A stretch of DNA of 64,000 nt from an uncultured Verrucomicrobiota bacterium. GTDB lineage: Bacteria > Verrucomicrobiota > Verrucomicrobiia > Palsa-1439. The notes beneath the pieces were generated by a model. That model worked only from the letters and a program-made list of their open reading frames with translations. It did not search any database and was not told the origin of the DNA. Below are positions 59,152 to 64,000 of this stretch, one piece after another. Each line of letters opens with the position of its first letter. Position 1 is the first letter of the stretch. The stretch lies in contig CAIKAP010000097.1 in NCBI GenBank assembly GCA_903825435.1, positions 10,547 to 74,546 on the forward strand. Direction: 5' to 3'. Made by a program: the position numbers and the translations under genes.

Positions 59152-59194
59152 TGACATTAAACGTGAGAAAAGGAACAAACGAAAGGAAAGTAAT

Positions 59195-59578
59195 ATGGCA
59201 GACAAAGTAATGAACAGTAGAACCTCGCTGGGTAGCGATGAGGTTATCAGTCAGGCAGTGCAAGCTTTCACTGCCGGTAAATTCAGGACATCCAGTCAGT
59301 CGGGACGAATCGCAACATTTGACGGGATGCCGCCGATTCCATGGTTCATGCTGTTGCTGACGATCCTTGGATTCCTGTTTTGCGTGATACCGGGGATAAT
59401 CATGTATTTCCTGGTTATTCGGAAGATGCGCCGGTTTCACAGCCTGGTGGTGACTGTCAGCCCTGTGCCCGGTGGTACTGATGTATCTGTGAAATATCCG
59501 GATTGGGCTGGGAATACTGTGCAGCGTTTCATGAATTCTCTCCCGAAAGCGCAAGCAGATTTACCACCGCGCTTATGA
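59195..59578 (+). CDS. Small membrane protein (one TM), hypothetical
   Basis: RBS GGAAAG. TM helix PWFMLLLTILGFLFCVIPGIIMYFLVI. Confidence 0.4.
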   Translation: MADKVMNSRTSLGSDEVISQAVQAFTAGKFRTSSQSGRIATFDGMPPIPWFMLLLTILGFLFCVIPGIIMYFLVIRKMRRFHSLVVTVSPVPGGTDVSVKYPDWAGNTVQRFMNSLPKAQADLPPRL

Positions 59579-59590
59579 TTGGGATTCCTA

Positions 59591-59634
59591 CCTCGGCCAA
59601 TAGGGCGACGCATTAGCGTCGCCCTTGGCCGAGG
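59591..59634. repeat. Extended hairpin CCTCGGCCAATAGGGCGACGC-ATTA-GCGTCGCCCTTGGCCGAGG. It has no U-tract and is a relative of the 1142 palindrome.
   Basis: Direct reading. Intergenic. Confidence 0.6.
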
Positions 59635-59674
59635 GGACTTCGTAGGAAAGTACGTACAAGAAGGAAATTGAACT

Positions 59675-60172
59675 ATGGACTTTAAGAAATTCGCAACATT
59701 CATCGCAATCCTTGGTTTGGCAACCCTAGGTTGGGGTGCTTATCGGTGGGCGACCAACCAGCCGAAAACATTCAAACCGGGTGCAGAAAAACAAGGGATG
59801 TTCGGTTTGCCAGACTTTGCCGCTTCTATGGACAACCTTGTTGCCGCTGACAATGTGCGAATAGAGAATGTGCATCGTGAAGAGATACGCGACAGCGCGA
59901 TCAAGATTATGGTTGCCGGAGGTATTGTGCTCTTTATCGGCCTAGCTGTTTCGGCTTCGGCAAAGACTTCAAGCAATGTTCTCCCATCGGCAACCCCAAA
60001 ACAGCCCATCGCAGCACAGGGCATTGCCTTCCGTAGTCAGCAAATCAATCGGGTGGCAGCGGTAATCGTGCTTGGTGTGATTGCTCTCATCGTTGTCGTT
60101 TGGTTCGTGATGAGTTCATTACCCTCCGATCCCCTTCCATCGCCGAATATGGACAAATCATTCCTGCGGTAG
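59675..60172 (+). CDS. Hypothetical membrane protein (3 TM)
   Basis: Hydrophobic helices. No family recognised. Confidence 0.4.
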   Translation: MDFKKFATFIAILGLATLGWGAYRWATNQPKTFKPGAEKQGMFGLPDFAASMDNLVAADNVRIENVHREEIRDSAIKIMVAGGIVLFIGLAVSASAKTSSNVLPSATPKQPIAAQGIAFRSQQINRVAAVIVLGVIALIVVVWFVMSSLPSDPLPSPNMDKSFLR

Positions 60173-60360
60173 TTGGGAAGGGGGGAGGGATTGAGCAACA
60201 CCCCGCATACTCGCGGTCGCCATCGCCTCTTTCAGCGGGATCGTCACGGTAATCTTCGCCCGGTTCTATCGCGTCCGCCTCGCGCCATGACGACAGCGCG
60301 GATTGCTCATTGCGCACCATTGGAGTCGCGGTAACCCCGTCCAAGATGCCGTAACGCCGG

Positions 60361-61212
60361 TTACGGTTTGCTACAACCCGCAAAGAACTCGGCCAGTGCT
60401 TGCCGGTAGAGGGAGGCACTGACGAGAAAAGCGTCGTTGTGGCTGCCGCGCAGTTCGACGAGGCGTTTTGGTTCGGGTGCGTCGGCGAGGAGACGTTTGG
60501 CGTAGCTCATCGGGAACAGTTCATCCTCGTGGCTGTGAAGAATCAGTAACGGCACGCGGAGCTTCGGCATCTTGCTGAGCGAATCGTACTTGGTCTTGGC
60601 GATGAGACGGACGGGGAGGAATGGGAACATCTTCTGGCCGACATCGGCAATGGAAGTAAACGGTTCCTCGATGACGAGGCCAGCAACGGGTGTTTTGACG
60701 GCCAGGTCAACAGCAACAGCCGATCCGAGCGATTCTCCGTAAAGGATAATCTTGCTGTGTTGCTTGGCCAGCCAGTCGTAGGCGGCTTGGGCGTCGCGGT
60801 AAGTGCCTTGTTCGCTGGGTTGGTGGGCGTCACTCCGTCCGTAGCCCCGGTAATCAATGATGAGCGTGGCAGCGCCGAGGTTGTGGAAGATGGCCAGCTT
60901 GTCGAGCCGGTGCGAGATATTGCCAGCGTTGCCGTGGAGGAAGAGGATGGCGGATGCATTTGTGGCGGTGGACGGCAGATACCAGCCGTGAATCCGGACG
61001 CCGTCGCTTGTGGTCAGCCAGACGTCTTCAAACTTCAGTCCCGCTTGATCTGGCGAGGCGGCCATTTCGCGACTGGGATAGTAGATCATGGACGGTTCGC
61101 GCCAGTGTAGCAGGAGCGCGAACAGCACCAGCCCGAACACCAGCACAAGAAGGAAGTGAAGCATGCGTTTCAACCTGCGGCCATTGTACACGGTAAGATT
61201 TTGGCTGTCCAT
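60361..61212 (-). CDS. Alpha/beta hydrolase (ABHD12/13-like), membrane-anchored
   Basis: N-terminal TM. HG oxyanion pair LFLHGNAGN, nucleophile elbow GESLGS, and a late Asp/His. Confidence 0.75.
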   Translation of the reverse strand: MDSQNLTVYNGRRLKRMLHFLLVLVFGLVLFALLLHWREPSMIYYPSREMAASPDQAGLKFEDVWLTTSDGVRIHGWYLPSTATNASAILFLHGNAGNISHRLDKLAIFHNLGAATLIIDYRGYGRSDAHQPSEQGTYRDAQAAYDWLAKQHSKIILYGESLGSAVAVDLAVKTPVAGLVIEEPFTSIADVGQKMFPFLPVRLIAKTKYDSLSKMPKLRVPLLILHSHEDELFPMSYAKRLLADAPEPKRLVELRGSHNDAFLVSASLYRQALAEFFAGCSKP

Positions 61213-61242
61213 TCAACCTGCTTGCTGGCAAAATGCCGCACC

Positions 61243-63897
61243 ATGAACGCCAAAATTCTACCACAACGCCTCCTTCGTACGGTCACAACCGGAGCGTGGA
61301 TCTTTTTCCTTTGTGTTCGGTGGGTTCCCTGCGCCGTTGCCGCGATCAACGGTGGTCAAGACACTTCGCTATATGATGCGCATGGCGAGTACGGCAACAC
61401 GTCGGTTGTCAAACCGGTGAAAGTCGAGGACGTTTGGGTTGTTTTCAAAACACATTTCGACATCGGCTACACCGCGTCGATCGCCGAGGTGCTGGCACGG
61501 TATCGTGGGCCGATGATTGATAATGCGCTTGCCGTCATCGAAGCCAATCAGGCGCTGCCGCGGGAGCAACGGTTCACCTGGACCGTCCCCGGCTGGCCGT
61601 TGTACTACATTCTCGGGCCGGACCAGACGCCCGAACGCCGCGCCCGGATCGTGCAGGCGCTCAAAGCCGGCGCGTTAGCCGTCCATGCCGCGCCGTTCAC
61701 GCTGCACACCGAATCGTTTGACCTCGAGGACCTCGTCCGAGGTCTTCATTACTCCGCGCAGATTGCCCGCGACAATGGTTTGCCATTGCCACGCAGTGCC
61801 AAGATGACCGACGTCCCAGGGCACGCCTGGATCATGCCAACGCTCCTCAAAAATGCCGGTGTTGATTTTCTCCAGATCGGCTGCAACAGCGCCAGCGACT
61901 TCCCGAGATTCCCTATGTTGTTCTTGTGGGAAGGACCGGATGGCTCGCGGTTGCTCACGGACTACACCCAATACTATGGCAGCGGCATCGTCCCGCCCAA
62001 AGGCTGGCCCGCCAAGAACTATCTCGCTATGATCATGACCGGCGACAACCACGGCCCTCCGACCGCCACCGAGGTGGAATCCGTCCGGCAAGTCGCCGCG
62101 AAGAATCTGCCCGGCGTTCGCATCCACTTCGGGACGCTTGACGATTTCCTTAAAGCTATCGAAGCCGAGAAACCCCATCTGCCGGTCGTTCGTGGCGACA
62201 CACCGGACACTTGGATTCATGGCTTGCTCTCGATGCCGGTCGAATCCAAGATTGCCCGAAACATCCGTCCACTAGAGCCGGCGCTTGATGCACTCGATAC
62301 GCACCTGAAACTTTATGGTCTCACGACCCCGCCACTCGCGCCGGTGCTGGCGAAAGCGTATGAGCAGAGCCTGCTTTTTGGTGAACACACTTGGGGTATG
62401 GACGTCTCTATGGTTGGCGGGTTCTGGTACGGCGACAAGTGGAAGAAAGCGCTGGCCGAGGGCAAGTATAAGCAGTTTCTCCAAGCCTTCGACGATAAAC
62501 GCGCTTACATCCACACGACTGACGAGATCGTCAACCGTGAACTCCGCCAGCGTCTTGATCTGCTCGCTCAATCCGTGAAAGCCGAAGGTCGTCGTATTGT
62601 TGTCTGGAACGCGTTGCCGTGGCCGCGCTCCGGCAACGTCGAGGTGGACGGCAAGTGGCTCTACGCGGTAGACGTGCCGGCCAATGGCTACAAAACATTC
62701 TCGGCAGACTTAGCTACCACGGCGATGCCGGTCCTGAACGATCCGCCCACCGCACTCAACACGCCGTTCTACAAAGTGACATTTGATCTGAAACGCGGTG
62801 GCCTCGCTTCGTTGGTTGAAAAAAGAACCGGTCGTGAACTTGTGAACCAAGTTAGCCCGTATGCACTGGGGCAGTATCTCCATGCACGATTCAGCCTGAA
62901 CGAAGTCACGAACTGGATACATGCATACAGCCGCAGTCAGGAGAAATGGGCGCTGAAAGATTTCGGTAAACCCGGCATGCCCGGCCCCGATAAATCATGC
63001 TACGCGACCTTCACCCCCAGCGACTGGAAAATCATCGTGACTCACAGCTCCGTCGCCGATGTCGCCACGCTCACTGCGGGCGACACCAAGGGACTCGGCC
63101 AAGGTATCACACTCACTTTTACGTTTGACCGGCACAGTTCCGCCATTGATTGCGAATGGCGAATCACCAAAAAAACGCCCAATCCGATCCCCGAAGGAGG
63201 CTGGCTTTGTTTCCCGTTTGCTGCGAAAGAGCCGCGGTTCACGCTCGGCCGCACCGGCGCCCCGATTGATCCTGCCGCCGACATCGTCCCCGGCGCCGGG
63301 CGTTACCGCTATGCCGTCACTACCGGTGTCACGATTACCCGTGCGGACAAATCTGGTATCAGCCTTTGTCCGATTGACTCGCCACTCGTCAGTCTCGACC
63401 AGCCCGGCCTCTGGAAGCACTCACTCGACTTCGTTCCCAAGGTGCCGACGGTCTTCGTTAACCTCTACAACAACATGTGGAACACGAACTTCCCACTCTG
63501 GCAGGACGGTTCCTGGTCCAGCCGTGTCCGTTTCTGGCCGACCACTGACCTCGTTGCACCTGCTTGGGAAGCCCGTGTCCCACTGCTGGCCGCCATCGCT
63601 GATGGTTCTGGCGGCAAGTTGCCTGCGATGCAAGACGGCTTGCGAGTCTCGCGTCCCGGCGTACTGGTGACGGCGTTTGGGCGAAACCCGGACGGTACGG
63701 GAACGCTACTCCGTATCTGGGAACAAACGGGAATCACTGGCCAACTGACCATCACGCTGCCAGTGGGAATGAAACTTTCGAAGGCGCAACCGTGCGATTT
63801 GCGCGGCCAACTGGTTGGCACAGCCATTCCCATACACGACCGCGAAATCAATCTGGAATTGAGAGCGTTTGCGCCATACACTCTCATACTGAAATAA
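61243..63897 (+). CDS. Secreted glycoside hydrolase, GH38-like (alpha-mannosidase-type N-terminal domain). Tentative.
   Basis: Signal peptide. VFKTHFDIGYT resembles the GH38 HSHxDxGW metal-site motif. Roughly 880 aa, compatible with a multi-domain GH38. Confidence 0.4.
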   Translation: MNAKILPQRLLRTVTTGAWIFFLCVRWVPCAVAAINGGQDTSLYDAHGEYGNTSVVKPVKVEDVWVVFKTHFDIGYTASIAEVLARYRGPMIDNALAVIEANQALPREQRFTWTVPGWPLYYILGPDQTPERRARIVQALKAGALAVHAAPFTLHTESFDLEDLVRGLHYSAQIARDNGLPLPRSAKMTDVPGHAWIMPTLLKNAGVDFLQIGCNSASDFPRFPMLFLWEGPDGSRLLTDYTQYYGSGIVPPKGWPAKNYLAMIMTGDNHGPPTATEVESVRQVAAKNLPGVRIHFGTLDDFLKAIEAEKPHLPVVRGDTPDTWIHGLLSMPVESKIARNIRPLEPALDALDTHLKLYGLTTPPLAPVLAKAYEQSLLFGEHTWGMDVSMVGGFWYGDKWKKALAEGKYKQFLQAFDDKRAYIHTTDEIVNRELRQRLDLLAQSVKAEGRRIVVWNALPWPRSGNVEVDGKWLYAVDVPANGYKTFSADLATTAMPVLNDPPTALNTPFYKVTFDLKRGGLASLVEKRTGRELVNQVSPYALGQYLHARFSLNEVTNWIHAYSRSQEKWALKDFGKPGMPGPDKSCYATFTPSDWKIIVTHSSVADVATLTAGDTKGLGQGITLTFTFDRHSSAIDCEWRITKKTPNPIPEGGWLCFPFAAKEPRFTLGRTGAPIDPAADIVPGAGRYRYAVTTGVTITRADKSGISLCPIDSPLVSLDQPGLWKHSLDFVPKVPTVFVNLYNNMWNTNFPLWQDGSWSSRVRFWPTTDLVAPAWEARVPLLAAIADGSGGKLPAMQDGLRVSRPGVLVTAFGRNPDGTGTLLRIWEQTGITGQLTITLPVGMKLSKAQPCDLRGQLVGTAIPIHDREINLELRAFAPYTLILK

Positions 63898-63909
63898 GGA
63901 GGCACTTCA

Positions 63910-64000
63910 TGACCCGCAAAGAACGATTACTGACCGCACTTCGAGTCCAGCAACCTGACCGGGTGCCGTTGTTCGATTTCCTTTTCCAGAAACCCATGTA
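63910..64000 (+). CDS. 5' end of a gene (runs off the window). Possibly a uroporphyrinogen-decarboxylase-family (URO-D/MtaA-like) protein.
   Basis: MTRKERLLTALRVQQPDRVPLFDF resembles the N-terminus of the URO-D family. Only 30 codons are visible. Confidence 0.3.

Overview
This is a high-GC (about 60%) chromosomal segment from a Gram-negative bacterium; the gene content suggests the PVC/Verrucomicrobiota group, but that is an inference. Most of the window is densely packed housekeeping and envelope genes. Recognisable genes include glycine-tRNA ligase, a hybrid sensor kinase, heptose-7-P kinase, PhoH, YbeY, RecO, LpxA, MoeZ, tRNA-Ala(CGC), RluA, LeuA, SmpB, RpoZ, PdxB and a PpiD-like chaperone. 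dnaK-groES-groEL-rpoZ are co-linear on one strand. There are several secreted glycoside hydrolases (GH16, GH5-like, GH38-like). Three accessory stretches stand out. (1) At 24999-31077, a five-gene cluster begins with a MotA/TolQ/ExbB-family proton-channel protein carrying a roughly 370-aa coiled-coil tail (ZorA-like architecture). It is followed by two ExbD/TolR-like single-TM proteins, a membrane-anchored protein and a secreted HEAT-repeat protein. This looks like an uncharacterised stator-type machine. (2) At 36735-41540 there is a defence/addiction island holding two RelE/ParE-type toxin-antitoxin pairs and a GC-poor Type II restriction-modification pair (gamma-class N6A methyltransferase plus putative endonuclease). 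(3) At 55.3-59.2 kb there is a repeat-rich surface locus. It contains a class-I release-factor pseudogene remnant lacking the GGQ motif, and an array of 13 copies of the octamer CTGTTCCG in a divergent promoter region. It also contains a gene built from 21-bp (heptad TDKxFSx) repeats fused to an FN3 domain, and a CHAP-domain protein with an internal tandem duplication. A leucine-rich leader peptide plus intrinsic terminator sits upstream of leuA, the classic attenuator arrangement. Short dispersed repeats also recur across the window (a 21-mer GCCGGAACAAAACCGGAACAT, and a GGGCGACGC palindrome). Many long antisense ORFs are present; they are typical of high-GC DNA and were rejected.
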